64,000 nucleotides of DNA from assembly GCA_903900265.1 (NCBI GenBank), contig CAIUMM010000040.1, positions 19,041-83,040 on the forward strand, read 5' to 3'. Numbering within the stretch: the stretch's first letter is position 1; each line of letters begins with the position of its first letter. This stretch comes from an uncultured Pseudomonadota bacterium. GTDB lineage: Bacteria; Myxococcota_A; UBA796; SXON01. This document shows positions 1-9,626 of this stretch, piece after piece. Under the pieces are notes generated by a model. The model was not told the origin of the DNA, ran no database searches, and saw nothing but the letters and a program-made list of their open reading frames with translations. A program made the position numbers and the translations under genes.

Positions 1-1
1 C

Positions 2-1033
2 GCCGGTGTGCTGCAAATCGAGCCCACTGACCACTGCAACCTCGCCTGCGCGATGTGCGCTCCCCACGCCGATCGCTGGCCAACGGTGCACGGCGTGCCC
101 AAAGGGTACCTCTCCCCTGCCCTTTACCGTCGCGTGCTGAACGGCTTGGTGACCGATGATCTGCGCTTCGATCACGTGATCTTGCAGTGGCTAGGCGACC
201 CATCGCTCCATCCGCAGATGGAGTGGATGGTCGGCGAAGCAAGTCGCGTTCTACGCGGTCGAGCGGGCTACGTGCGCTTCGACTCGAACGCCATCCTGCT
301 CACGCCGCAGCGCATGGATCGCCTGCTGCAAGAGGTCGACGCTGAGATGCCGCTCACCTGCGTTTTCACGCTGGACGCGGTCACGGAAGCCACCTACCGG
401 CAGACCAAAGGCAAGGACGGGCTCGACCGCGCGAGGCGCCACGTGCGTCACCTCCTCGCCCGACGGCGGGCGCTCCCGAACCCAGATCACGTACGGGTAC
501 AGGTGCAATTCGTGGTTCAGCCCTCAAATGCCCACGAAGCACGCGACTTTCTGGACTACTGGACGCAGACTTTTGCGTGCACCGGGGGCGGAGCGGGCCA
601 CGGCGAGATCCTGTTCAAGCCGCTTTCGGTCGGTGGCGGAGCCGCCGGGCAAGCCGCATCGGACGCCCTCTACCGGCGCACGCTGCAGAGCGCAGGCATT
701 GAAGCGCGATCAGGAGACCACCTATCGGTGAGCATATGGGAAGATCGACCTTGGCAGCGCGACGACGCCCACGCCACGCGCGGACCCTGCCCAGGCTTGT
801 GGTACACCCCGGTTGTGCGTCAGGACGGCCACCTCGTGATGTGCTGCGCCGACTTGAAAAGCGAGCTGGACCTCGGCTCGCTCGCTGAGCACTCCTTTCG
901 CGCGCTCTGGGAGGGCGCACGCGCACGAAACGAGCGTAAAAAGCACCGTGAAGGCACGTTTGACGGCGTGTGCGCGAGCTGCGGTGGCATCAACTGGTAC
1001 ACGCTCGCGCCCGATGCCGCTCGCATCGGCTAA
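2..1033 (+). CDS. Radical SAM protein with C-terminal SPASM/twitch domain (probably 5'-truncated by the window edge)
   Basis: CNLACAMC (CX3CX2C), GDPSLHP (GEP-like), C-terminal CPGLW...VMCC...CASC. The frame is open from base 2. Confidence 0.85.
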   Translation, partial: AGVLQIEPTDHCNLACAMCAPHADRWPTVHGVPKGYLSPALYRRVLNGLVTDDLRFDHVILQWLGDPSLHPQMEWMVGEASRVLRGRAGYVRFDSNAILLTPQRMDRLLQEVDAEMPLTCVFTLDAVTEATYRQTKGKDGLDRARRHVRHLLARRRALPNPDHVRVQVQFVVQPSNAHEARDFLDYWTQTFACTGGGAGHGEILFKPLSVGGGAAGQAASDALYRRTLQSAGIEARSGDHLSVSIWEDRPWQRDDAHATRGPCPGLWYTPVVRQDGHLVMCCADLKSELDLGSLAEHSFRALWEGARARNERKKHREGTFDGVCASCGGINWYTLAPDAARIG

Positions 1034-1050
1034 ACGCGGAGCACGGTCGC

Positions 1051-2829
1051 TTACTCGACGTACATCGCGTCGATCACCGACGCAAATTTCGCGTTCACGA
1101 CGCTGCGTTTGATCTTCAACGACGGGGTCAACTCACCGGTCTCCACGGTGAACGGATCAGAGAGCACGGTGAAGCGCTTGACTTGTTCAACCTGGGCAAA
1201 CTCGGTGTTCATCGCGTCGATGCCCGCCTGGATCGCGGCTCGCGTCTGTGGTGAGGCGCGCAGCGCTTCCACGGTCGTGCCGGCCGCGGCGGCCGCTTTG
1301 ATGAGCTGATCCGGGTCCAAGGTGAGCAGCGCCGACAAAAACTTGCGACGGTCTCCAATCAGCACAGCGTCACCGACCAGCGGGATCTGCTTCAACGCCG
1401 CTTCGATGTTTTTTGGCGCGATGTTCTTGCCGCCTGCTGTGATCAGGATGTCTTTTTTCCGACCGGTGATCGTCAAGAACCCTTCGGCGTCCATCACCCC
1501 GAGATCCCCGGAGTGCAGCCACCCGTCGATCAAGCACTCTGCGGTCGCCGCTGGGTCTTTGAAGTAGCCGAGGAACACATTGGGGCCGCGCAAGCAGATC
1601 TCGCCGTCCGCTGCGATCATCACGTCGCAGCCGGGAATAGCCGGCCCCACGGAACCAAACCGCGTGCGGTCCATCGCGTTGAAGGTGGTCGGGCCCGAGC
1701 CTTCGCTCTGGCCGTAGACCTCCCGGATCGGGATGTCGAGGCTCGCGAAGAACTCCAGGATCTCCTTCGCGACCGGCGCGGCGCCGCTCACGCAGACGTA
1801 GGCTCGCCCGAGCCCCAGCGCCTCGCGCAGCTTGGAGTACACCAGCTTCTGAGCGATCTTGTACTGCACGCCAAGCAGAACGCCTGGTTCCTCGCCACGA
1901 TTCTTCACGGTATGCACCGCAGTGCTGACCCCGCGGGCCCAACGCAGCAGCGTCGCTTTCGCGCCCTTCGCTTCGCCGAGCTTGCCGTTGACGCCCGCGT
2001 GAAACTTCTCCCAGATGCGCGGCACCGCGAAGATCACGTGGGGCTGGACCTCCTTGAGGTTGTCCGGGACCTTGGGGAGGCTCTCGGCAAAGTACACCTC
2101 GCCCCCCGCAGAGATCGGGATGTGCATCGAGAACATCTGCTCGGCGATGTGCGACAACGGCAGGTACGAAAGCGAGCACTGTCCGGGTTGAACCGGGACA
2201 AGATTCAACGCCGCGTCGGCGGTCCAGGTCAAGCTGCGCTGCGAGAGCATCACGCCCTTCGGCGGCCCGGTGGTCCCCGAGGTGTAGATGAGCGTCGCGA
2301 CTTCATCCGCCTTCAAGGCGGCAAGTCGCTCGTCCAGCACGCTGTCCGGAATCGCATCTCCAGAGGCGAGGAGCTGCTCCCAGCTCATCGCGAGCGGATG
2401 ATCCGCGACAAAGCCGCGCATGAACACCACACGGCGCAAGAGCGGAAGCTCGCCGAGTCGAGGCGCGATCTTGTCCCATTGTCCCTGATCCTCCAGCACC
2501 AGCACCGGCGCCTCGGCGTGGTTGACAATGTAGAGGATCTCCGAAGCGGAGCACGTGGTGTAGATGCCCGCTGGAGCCCCGCCGGCGCTCATCGCCGCAA
2601 GATCCGCGATCACCCATTCCGGACGATTGAAGCCGAGGATGCAGATGGTCTGACCCGGCGCGAAGCCCGCAGCGATCAGGCCGCGCGCGGCTCGACGCAC
2701 CTGCAGCGCATACGCGCTCCACGACGAGGCCCTCCACGCGCCATCCACCTTCTCGTGAAAGGCAGGAAGATCCGGGGTAGCGGCTGCACGCGCGGCCAAA
2801 CGATGGGGAACCGAGTCGATGGTCGACAT
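1051..2829 (-). CDS. fadD: Long-chain fatty acid--CoA ligase (AMP-binding)
   Basis: YTSGTTGPPKG, YGQSE, GWLHSGDLG and GRKKDILITAGGKNIAP motifs. Confidence 0.9.
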   Translation of the reverse strand: MSTIDSVPHRLAARAAATPDLPAFHEKVDGAWRASSWSAYALQVRRAARGLIAAGFAPGQTICILGFNRPEWVIADLAAMSAGGAPAGIYTTCSASEILYIVNHAEAPVLVLEDQGQWDKIAPRLGELPLLRRVVFMRGFVADHPLAMSWEQLLASGDAIPDSVLDERLAALKADEVATLIYTSGTTGPPKGVMLSQRSLTWTADAALNLVPVQPGQCSLSYLPLSHIAEQMFSMHIPISAGGEVYFAESLPKVPDNLKEVQPHVIFAVPRIWEKFHAGVNGKLGEAKGAKATLLRWARGVSTAVHTVKNRGEEPGVLLGVQYKIAQKLVYSKLREALGLGRAYVCVSGAAPVAKEILEFFASLDIPIREVYGQSEGSGPTTFNAMDRTRFGSVGPAIPGCDVMIAADGEICLRGPNVFLGYFKDPAATAECLIDGWLHSGDLGVMDAEGFLTITGRKKDILITAGGKNIAPKNIEAALKQIPLVGDAVLIGDRRKFLSALLTLDPDQLIKAAAAAGTTVEALRASPQTRAAIQAGIDAMNTEFAQVEQVKRFTVLSDPFTVETGELTPSLKIKRSVVNAKFASVIDAMYVE

Positions 2830-2835
2830 CGGCCA

Positions 2836-2841
2836 AGGCTA
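2836..2841 (-). promoter_or_regulatory. Candidate -10 box (TAGCCT) 6 nt before the fadD ATG; leaderless-type start
   Basis: Minus strand reads TAGCCT-tggccg-ATG with no Shine-Dalgarno sequence. Confidence 0.5.
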
Positions 2842-2964
2842 ATCCCTTCGGAGCCCGGCCGTCGCCCGCGCCCCGCGGAGACCACGCCAGTCACCGAACA
2901 ATGTACGCAAAGGGCTTGCGTAGGTTCGCCGCCGGGCTATCGCTCCCTCGCTGAGGACAAGACC

Positions 2965-3729
2965 ATGGCAGGGCGCACTTTTGTGATCGGAGACGTCCAC
3001 GGCGACATCCGAGCCCTACGCGACCTCTGGGGCATGCTCCCGCCGTTGGACGCGAAAGACACCGTGGTGTTTTTGGGAGACTACGTAGACCGTGGCCCGG
3101 ACTCGGCGGGCGTGGTTGAATTCGTGCGTATCGAGGTGCCAAGTCGCTGCGCCGCGCACATCGTCGCCCTGCGCGGAAACCACGAGGACGCCTGGCTGAG
3201 GGCGATCGATGAGGGGTTCGCCGGGTTTACCGAGCCGCCCCAAAACGGCGCGCTCGCCTGTCTGCGCAGCTACGCAGGGGGCCCGGCGCCGCGGCGGGGC
3301 GAATTGCCAACCGCCGCGGAGGCAGAGCTTCTCCCGCGGGGCCAGTTCTACCCCGCCGAGGTCGTGGCATGGATGCGCGCATTACCCTTCTGGTTCGAGG
3401 ACGAACACGCGATCTACGTGCACGCCGGCGTCCCGTGGAACGGGGAGCGTTGGCTGCATCCCCGCGAGGTCGAGCCCGCGACCCCACTCCTTTGGCTGCG
3501 TACGCGCGCGTTTTTTACCGACTACCGCGGTAAAACCATGGTCGTCGGCCACACGACGACCGGAATGCTTCCGCCTGAGCTCTCGAATTTCACCCCGGAA
3601 GACCCCACCGACCTGTGGGCGGGTCCATGCGTGTACGCGCTGGACACCGGCGCAGGAAAAGGGGGATTTCTGACTGCATTGGAGCTGCCCGCGCTCCACG
3701 TCTACGAATCCCGCAGGGCTGCGCAATGA
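2965..3729 (+). CDS. Metallophosphoesterase (PPP/ApaH-like Ser/Thr phosphatase)
   Basis: GDVHG, GDYVDRG, GNHE, VHAG, GHT motifs. ATG at 2965 follows GAGGA. The upstream part of ORF 1513..3729 is a shadow of fadD. Confidence 0.9.
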   Translation: MAGRTFVIGDVHGDIRALRDLWGMLPPLDAKDTVVFLGDYVDRGPDSAGVVEFVRIEVPSRCAAHIVALRGNHEDAWLRAIDEGFAGFTEPPQNGALACLRSYAGGPAPRRGELPTAAEAELLPRGQFYPAEVVAWMRALPFWFEDEHAIYVHAGVPWNGERWLHPREVEPATPLLWLRTRAFFTDYRGKTMVVGHTTTGMLPPELSNFTPEDPTDLWAGPCVYALDTGAGKGGFLTALELPALHVYESRRAAQ

Positions 3730-3763
3730 ATCGTAGAATCAATCGTAGAATCAACCGCAGCTC
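3729..3763. repeat. 12-bp tandem repeat AATCGTAGAATC x2 plus a degenerate third copy
   Basis: aatcgtagaatc aatcgtagaatc aaccgcagctc, AT-rich relative to the flanks. Confidence 0.75.
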
Positions 3764-3922
3764 GCAGCGCTGCGCACACGAGCCGGGTCGTCCCAAGCCC
3801 GGCGCTACACCTGCAAACCCAGGCCAAAGGCTGCACCGCGACCGCCTTGACGGGTCCTACACCGCTCCCTGAATTTCCGGCGCGCCTTTTGCTTTGCCAG
3901 CCGACGCCCCTCCGAGGTCCTG

Positions 3923-6900
3923 ATGTCTCTCTCCGTTCGTTCGTTGATGTACTCGCTCACCGCCGCCTCGCTCACCGCCGCCTCGCTCAGCGTGGCGCTG
4001 CTTGGATGCTCCGGAGGCACGTCCTCCTCCATCAGCGACGTCCTGACCCCCGACGCGCCGATGCCCGCAGACGTTCAGGAACTTGCGTTCGCGTTTCGCA
4101 CCCGCGGGCCCGACGGCGCGCTCCCCGCCAGCCTCGCGTTTCATGCGAACCTCCCGATCTTCAAGGCCGGCAGCGTCGGGAAGCCCCCGCCCGAAGGCAC
4201 CGAGATCGTGCTTGATCCTCCCGTCGCTGGCACGCTGTCCGTGGAGGATCGCACCTCGGTGGTGTTCACGCCCTCCGAGCCGCTCCGCCCCGACACCACC
4301 TACAAGGTGCGCCTTGCCAAGATCGGAGGCGCTGAGTCCTTTGCATGGATGAAGGATTGGAAAGAGCGCAACGCCGAATTCACTACGCCCGCGTTCGCCC
4401 TGCTGCGCGCGGCGGTGACCGGGTGGGACGCCAAGAAGAGCAGCGCGACCATCTCCGTGGCGTTCTCAGGCCCAGTAGACGCCCAAGACGTGGCGCAGCA
4501 CATCGACCTCCGCAGCAGCAAGCGCGTGCTGCGGCCCGTCGTTGAAGCGGGGGACACCGCCAACGTCGTAAACCTCGTGCTCTCGGGCCCCGAGCTCGGC
4601 TTGTCCGAGGGAGACGACCTGGACCTGACGCTGAGCGAAGGCGTCGCGCTCTCGAACGACACCACCGGCAACGCCCCGACGGCGCCGGCCAAGACCGTGC
4701 GCGTAGTCCTCGCCGAGCCGGGGCCCGTGGTCAGCCTCGCCGCCGTCAAGATGCGCGAGGGCATGAACGGGTTTTACGTCGATGTCTACTGCGACGACGA
4801 GGCGGTCACCGAAAAACGTTGGTTCTGGGACCGGGAGACCTACGAGGAATACCGCATCTCCACCCGATGCGCGTTGGACGAAGCCAGCATCGCCCATCAG
4901 GTGCACGTCTCCGTCGACGGAAAAGACACCCCGATCAGCGTCTCGGCGTCGGACACCGGCTTCCGGGTGTTTGGCGCGTTCCCCTTCGGACAGCTCACCC
5001 TGCGCATCGATCCCGGGGCGCGCACGCTGGACGGAGGCGTGTTCAACACCGCCGTCGACAAAACCCTCGATGTGCCGCATCGCGCGCCGCGTATCGACTT
5101 TGCGAGCCAGGGTCGGTACCTCCCGCACTCGGCGTGGACCTCGCTGGCGGTGCAGCACACCAACCTGCCGGCGGTGCGGCTGACCGTTCGGCACGTGCCC
5201 GAAGAGAACGTGATCTTCTGGATGAGCGGCGCCGAACCCGCCGACGCGCGCACCGCGAACGTCGAGCTGTGCACCGACATCGCGCTCTCCGCGCCGATGG
5301 ACGAGCGCACCACCTCGTGGATCGACGTGGGGTCGCTGTTGCCCGACGCCAGCAGCGGCGTGTACGAGATCGCGCTCCAGCAAGTCGACCCCGCGCCCGA
5401 GGATCCCAACTCCGCGGAGGACGACGACGACGCATCCGACACCGGCCACCGATGGCGCGCCCCGGCGCAGTTCGCCAACGCGCAAGCCGTCTCCCGCATC
5501 CTGCTGACCGACATGCACCTCGTCGCGAAGGTCAACAGCGCAGATGCCACGCACGGCTGGGCGACCTCCGTGGACGTATGGACCATCGACGTGCACACCA
5601 ACCAGGCGGTGTCCGGCGCGAACGTGTCCTTGGTGCGCCCCAGCGGTCAGGTGGTCGGCAAGTGTAGCACCGGCGGGGACGGGCACTGCGTGGTCGAGCT
5701 GCCCGCGGACGGCGTCGATCCCACCGAACCGATGGCGCTGATCGCGCGCAACGGCAAAGACTACACCTACCTGAAATTCAGTGATCTAAAGCTTCAAGTT
5801 CCTCAGGACACCGCGGGCGACACCGGCGTCGAAGCCCCGTACCGGGCCGCGCTGTGGACCGAGCGCGGCGTGTACCGGCCCGGCGACACCGCGCATCTCG
5901 CCGTGCTGGTTCGCGGCGCCGATCACCTCGCGCCGTCGCCCGCGCTGCCGATGGCGCTTCGGCTCTACGACCCCACCGGAAAAGAGCTCCGCAAGCAGGT
6001 CGTGGACGCCAACGAAGCCGGCCTCGCAAGCTGGGACATCGCGTTCGGAGACTGGGCGACCACCGGCTCCTACCGCGTCGCTGCGGAGATCGGCGGCAAG
6101 GTCGCTGGAACTGTAGGCTTCAATGTCGAAGAGTTCGTGCCTGAGCGCCTTCGCGTGACCGCGACGCCCACGGCCGACAACGCGCTCGCGACCGACGTCG
6201 CCAAGGTGGACGTGCAAGGCGACTGGCTGTTCGGTGGTGCCGCAGCAGGCTCTCGCGTGGAGCTGGGCTGCCAAATCGCCCCGGGGGCGTTCACCGCCAA
6301 GGGCATGACCGACTACCACTTTGGACCTACCGTCGTCGACGGCGAATCCGCGCCCCGGCCGATCACCCTCGGCACCGCGGAAGGCACGCTGGACGAAGCC
6401 GGCCACGCGCAGCTCACCTGCCCCACCGCAGCCGGCGCAAGCGGGCTGAGCGGGCCGGGAACGCTGGTCGCGCGCGCCGCGGTTTTTGAGGGCGACAGCG
6501 GGCGCACCACGGTCTCCGAGGCGAAGGTCGCGGTGCACCCCGAGCGCGCTTACGTCGGCCTGCGCGGCCCCCAGAAGGTCCAGGTCGGCCATGCGATGAC
6601 CGTGGACGGCGTGGTCGTAGACTGGAACGGCAAGCCGGTCCCCGGCACGTCCAAGGTGGAGCTCTCCCTGCTCCGCCTCGAAGAAGAGATCGGCTGGGTC
6701 TGGGACTATGAGAGCAATGAGAGCGTGTACCGACGCACCCCGCGGCGCGCCAAAGAGGCCAGCATGGCCGTGGTCGCGACCGACGGCGTGTTCCACGCCG
6801 AGCTGACCCCCAACGAGGACGCGGCGGGCTGGATCGTCGTCGCGAAGTTCGGAAAGTCCAACACCGAGCTGAAGCTGGACAGCGGGACCCGGCGTTGGTG

Positions 6901-9619
6901 GTGGGCAAACTGGGATGCATCGGTAGACCAGACGCCCCGCGCCCAGATGCCGACGCCGTTGGTGCTCGACCTCCCCGAGAGCGCGTCCGTCGACGCGGAC
7001 GTCACCGTGAACACGAAGGCGCCGTATGCCGGTCGCGTATTGTGGACGGTGGAGGCGGATTCGGTGATTCGCAGCGAGTGGGTCGACGTGACCGCAGGCC
7101 CGATCTCGTGGACCTTCCCCGTAGACAGCTTCCGGCCGAATGTGTACGTGTCGGCGTTGCTCGTGAAGGATCCGCATCTGGAGTCCCAGGCTGCGTTTAT
7201 GCCGGACCGAGCCTTCGGCGTCGCCAACCTGCGCATCGTGCCCAAGCAGTTCACGCTGCCGCTCAAGCTGACGGTACCCAATGAGGTTCGCCCTCAAAAC
7301 AACCTCACGGTTCAGGTCGACACCGGACCGCTTCAGGAGCCCGGCTTCGTCACCATCGCCGCGGTGGACGAAGGCATCCTCTCGTTGACGAAGTTCGCCG
7401 ATCCCGACCCGGCGCTCGCGATCTTCGCGCGCCGTGCCCTCGGGGTCACCAGCTACGAGACCGTAGGTTGGACCTTGCTCTCCCAGCCCGGTGGCGCGGG
7501 ACGTCGAACCGGCGGCGACGCCTCCGGCGCCGGCAAGCGCGTGCAGATGGTGCGCCCGGTAGCGCTGTGGAGCGGCGTCATCCCGGTGCCGACCAGCGGA
7601 AAAGTCACGGTTACCCTGCCTGTTCCGAGCTACCGCGGCTCATTGCACGTGATGGGCGTCGCGACCACCCGCTCGCGCATGGGCCACGCCAGCGCCGAGG
7701 TCGCGGTTCGTGACCCGTTGACGCTGATGGCGACGCTGCCGCGCTTCCTGACCGTAGGAGACGTCGCGCAGGTGCCCGTGCAGATCACCAACCTCACCGG
7801 CAGCGCTCAAGACGTGCAGGTGCAGATGAACGTGACCGAAGCCAGCTCTGAAGCCGACCTCGCGTATGTGGACGTCAGCGGCCGCAGCCCCGCGATCGCG
7901 CTTGGTGGCGCTCAGACCGGGCGTCTCAAGCTGGCTGCCAACGCAACCGGCACGCTGGTGTTCCAGTTGGCCGGGCGCTCCGGCCCGGGCGCCGCTCGCG
8001 TCGACATCAAAGCGACCGCCGGCAAAGAGGTCTCCACTGACCACTTCGACGTCCCCGTCGAGCTCGCCGATCCCGAAGCCACCGAGACCGTTCGCATCCC
8101 GCTGGGCTCCTCCCCCGCGTCGCTGCAGAGCGCGCTCTCCGGATGGAAGCCCGGCACCGAGCAGACCCAGGTTTGGGTGACCACGAACCCCTACGCGCAG
8201 GCGTTCGCGCATCTGCGTCACCTCATCCATTACCCCTACGGATGCATCGAGCAGACCTCTTCGAGCGCGCGGCCGCTGCTGTACGCACGGGAGCTGATCA
8301 GCAAGGCCGCACCGAGCTCGGTGCGCGGCCAGCAGATCGAAGCGATGGTGCAAGCAGGGATCGATCGCGTGCTCGGCATGCAGACCCCGTCGGGCGGGTT
8401 CTCGTACTGGCCGGGTGGTCAGGAGCCGGTGGTGTGGGGCAGCGCCTACGCCGTCCACTTCCTGCTGGACGCCCACCAAGCCGGGTACAGTGTACCGAAG
8501 GCAGACCTCGATGACGCCGTCCGCTGGCTGGGTCAAGAGCTGGATCGCAGCCACAACAGCGACGATGACCGGGCGTACGTGCATTACGTGCTCGCACGCG
8601 CCGGTCAGCCTCAGATGGCCGCCGCCCAACGGCTGCTGGACAGGCTCGTCCCCGCGTCTACCCGAGACGAGACGATCTACGAGCTGCAAGCAGCGATCTG
8701 GCTTGCTGGCGACCACCGCTACGAGAGCGCGCTGAAGCACCCCAACACCAAGCTGAACGCCAAGCGCGCGAACGATTGGACGTTCTGGTCTGGGCTCCGC
8801 GAGCGCGGCTTCCAGCTCGCGATCTTTCGCGATCTGTTCGGCACCGACGCCGCGGGCCAGCCGCTCGCGAACGCCGTGGCCGCCGGCTTGACCGGCGCGG
8901 CGAACAGCGACTCGTACACCACGCAGGAGCTGGCGTGGGGCCTGACCGGGCTGGCCAAGTCGATGAGCACCGCCGCCGAAGACATCAGCGCGACGCTCAC
9001 CGCCGGCGGCGCGGTGCAAAAGCCCACCGCGCCCAACAGCGGGATCTGGCTGCTCGCGCGGCCCACGTTGCTCCCAAGCGGCGTCAGCGTCCAGGGCAAG
9101 GCTGGACAGTTCGCGGTGGTGACCACCCGCGGGAACCGCATCTCCGGCCCGAAGCTTTGGGGCGGAGAGGGCATCACGATCACCCGCAAGTGGAAGGACG
9201 CCTCGGGAGCGGACGTCAATCCCGCGGCGTTGTCGCTGGGCACGCTGTTCTACGTTGACATCACCGTGCAGAACACCACGCACGCCGAGCTGCAAAACAT
9301 CGCCCTCACCGACCGCATCCCGGCGTCCTGGGAGATCGAGAACCCCCGACTGGGTCGCGGCGCGCTGCCCGAGTGGGCGGATCCGGACAGCTTGTGGGCC
9401 ACGGACAACCTGAACGTACGCGACGACCGCGTGGAGCTGTTTGGCACGCTGCCAGCGACCGACGCCGTGCACGTGATCTACGCGGTGCGCGCCACCTTCG
9501 CGGGCACGTTCCGCCTGCCGGACGTGAGCGCCGAGGCGATGTACAACCCGACCCTCTGGGCGCGCAGCCCGGGCGGACCGGTGATCGTCGAAGGCCCTTG
9601 GGCGGGCAACGTGTTGTAG
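3923..9619 (+). CDS. yfhM: Bacterial alpha-2-macroglobulin family lipoprotein
   Basis: Lipobox LLGC, TERGVYRPGD (MG2), AAVDEGIL, thioester motif YPYGCIEQ, C-terminal AEAMYNP; adjacent to pbpC. Confidence 0.93.
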   Translation: MSLSVRSLMYSLTAASLTAASLSVALLGCSGGTSSSISDVLTPDAPMPADVQELAFAFRTRGPDGALPASLAFHANLPIFKAGSVGKPPPEGTEIVLDPPVAGTLSVEDRTSVVFTPSEPLRPDTTYKVRLAKIGGAESFAWMKDWKERNAEFTTPAFALLRAAVTGWDAKKSSATISVAFSGPVDAQDVAQHIDLRSSKRVLRPVVEAGDTANVVNLVLSGPELGLSEGDDLDLTLSEGVALSNDTTGNAPTAPAKTVRVVLAEPGPVVSLAAVKMREGMNGFYVDVYCDDEAVTEKRWFWDRETYEEYRISTRCALDEASIAHQVHVSVDGKDTPISVSASDTGFRVFGAFPFGQLTLRIDPGARTLDGGVFNTAVDKTLDVPHRAPRIDFASQGRYLPHSAWTSLAVQHTNLPAVRLTVRHVPEENVIFWMSGAEPADARTANVELCTDIALSAPMDERTTSWIDVGSLLPDASSGVYEIALQQVDPAPEDPNSAEDDDDASDTGHRWRAPAQFANAQAVSRILLTDMHLVAKVNSADATHGWATSVDVWTIDVHTNQAVSGANVSLVRPSGQVVGKCSTGGDGHCVVELPADGVDPTEPMALIARNGKDYTYLKFSDLKLQVPQDTAGDTGVEAPYRAALWTERGVYRPGDTAHLAVLVRGADHLAPSPALPMALRLYDPTGKELRKQVVDANEAGLASWDIAFGDWATTGSYRVAAEIGGKVAGTVGFNVEEFVPERLRVTATPTADNALATDVAKVDVQGDWLFGGAAAGSRVELGCQIAPGAFTAKGMTDYHFGPTVVDGESAPRPITLGTAEGTLDEAGHAQLTCPTAAGASGLSGPGTLVARAAVFEGDSGRTTVSEAKVAVHPERAYVGLRGPQKVQVGHAMTVDGVVVDWNGKPVPGTSKVELSLLRLEEEIGWVWDYESNESVYRRTPRRAKEASMAVVATDGVFHAELTPNEDAAGWIVVAKFGKSNTELKLDSGTRRWWWANWDASVDQTPRAQMPTPLVLDLPESASVDADVTVNTKAPYAGRVLWTVEADSVIRSEWVDVTAGPISWTFPVDSFRPNVYVSALLVKDPHLESQAAFMPDRAFGVANLRIVPKQFTLPLKLTVPNEVRPQNNLTVQVDTGPLQEPGFVTIAAVDEGILSLTKFADPDPALAIFARRALGVTSYETVGWTLLSQPGGAGRRTGGDASGAGKRVQMVRPVALWSGVIPVPTSGKVTVTLPVPSYRGSLHVMGVATTRSRMGHASAEVAVRDPLTLMATLPRFLTVGDVAQVPVQITNLTGSAQDVQVQMNVTEASSEADLAYVDVSGRSPAIALGGAQTGRLKLAANATGTLVFQLAGRSGPGAARVDIKATAGKEVSTDHFDVPVELADPEATETVRIPLGSSPASLQSALSGWKPGTEQTQVWVTTNPYAQAFAHLRHLIHYPYGCIEQTSSSARPLLYARELISKAAPSSVRGQQIEAMVQAGIDRVLGMQTPSGGFSYWPGGQEPVVWGSAYAVHFLLDAHQAGYSVPKADLDDAVRWLGQELDRSHNSDDDRAYVHYVLARAGQPQMAAAQRLLDRLVPASTRDETIYELQAAIWLAGDHRYESALKHPNTKLNAKRANDWTFWSGLRERGFQLAIFRDLFGTDAAGQPLANAVAAGLTGAANSDSYTTQELAWGLTGLAKSMSTAAEDISATLTAGGAVQKPTAPNSGIWLLARPTLLPSGVSVQGKAGQFAVVTTRGNRISGPKLWGGEGITITRKWKDASGADVNPAALSLGTLFYVDITVQNTTHAELQNIALTDRIPASWEIENPRLGRGALPEWADPDSLWATDNLNVRDDRVELFGTLPATDAVHVIYAVRATFAGTFRLPDVSAEAMYNPTLWARSPGGPVIVEGPWAGNVL
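3952..3997 (+). repeat. 15-bp tandem repeat in the A2M signal peptide (SLTAA SLTAA SLSVA)
   Basis: ctcgctcaccgccgc x2 followed by ctcgctcagcgtggc. Confidence 0.7.
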
Positions 9620-9626
9620 CGCGCCG

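Noticed and set aside
1513-2964. Apparent long N-terminal extension of the phosphatase
   Set aside because: Overlaps fadD on the opposite strand; the real start is ATG 2965 with an RBS.
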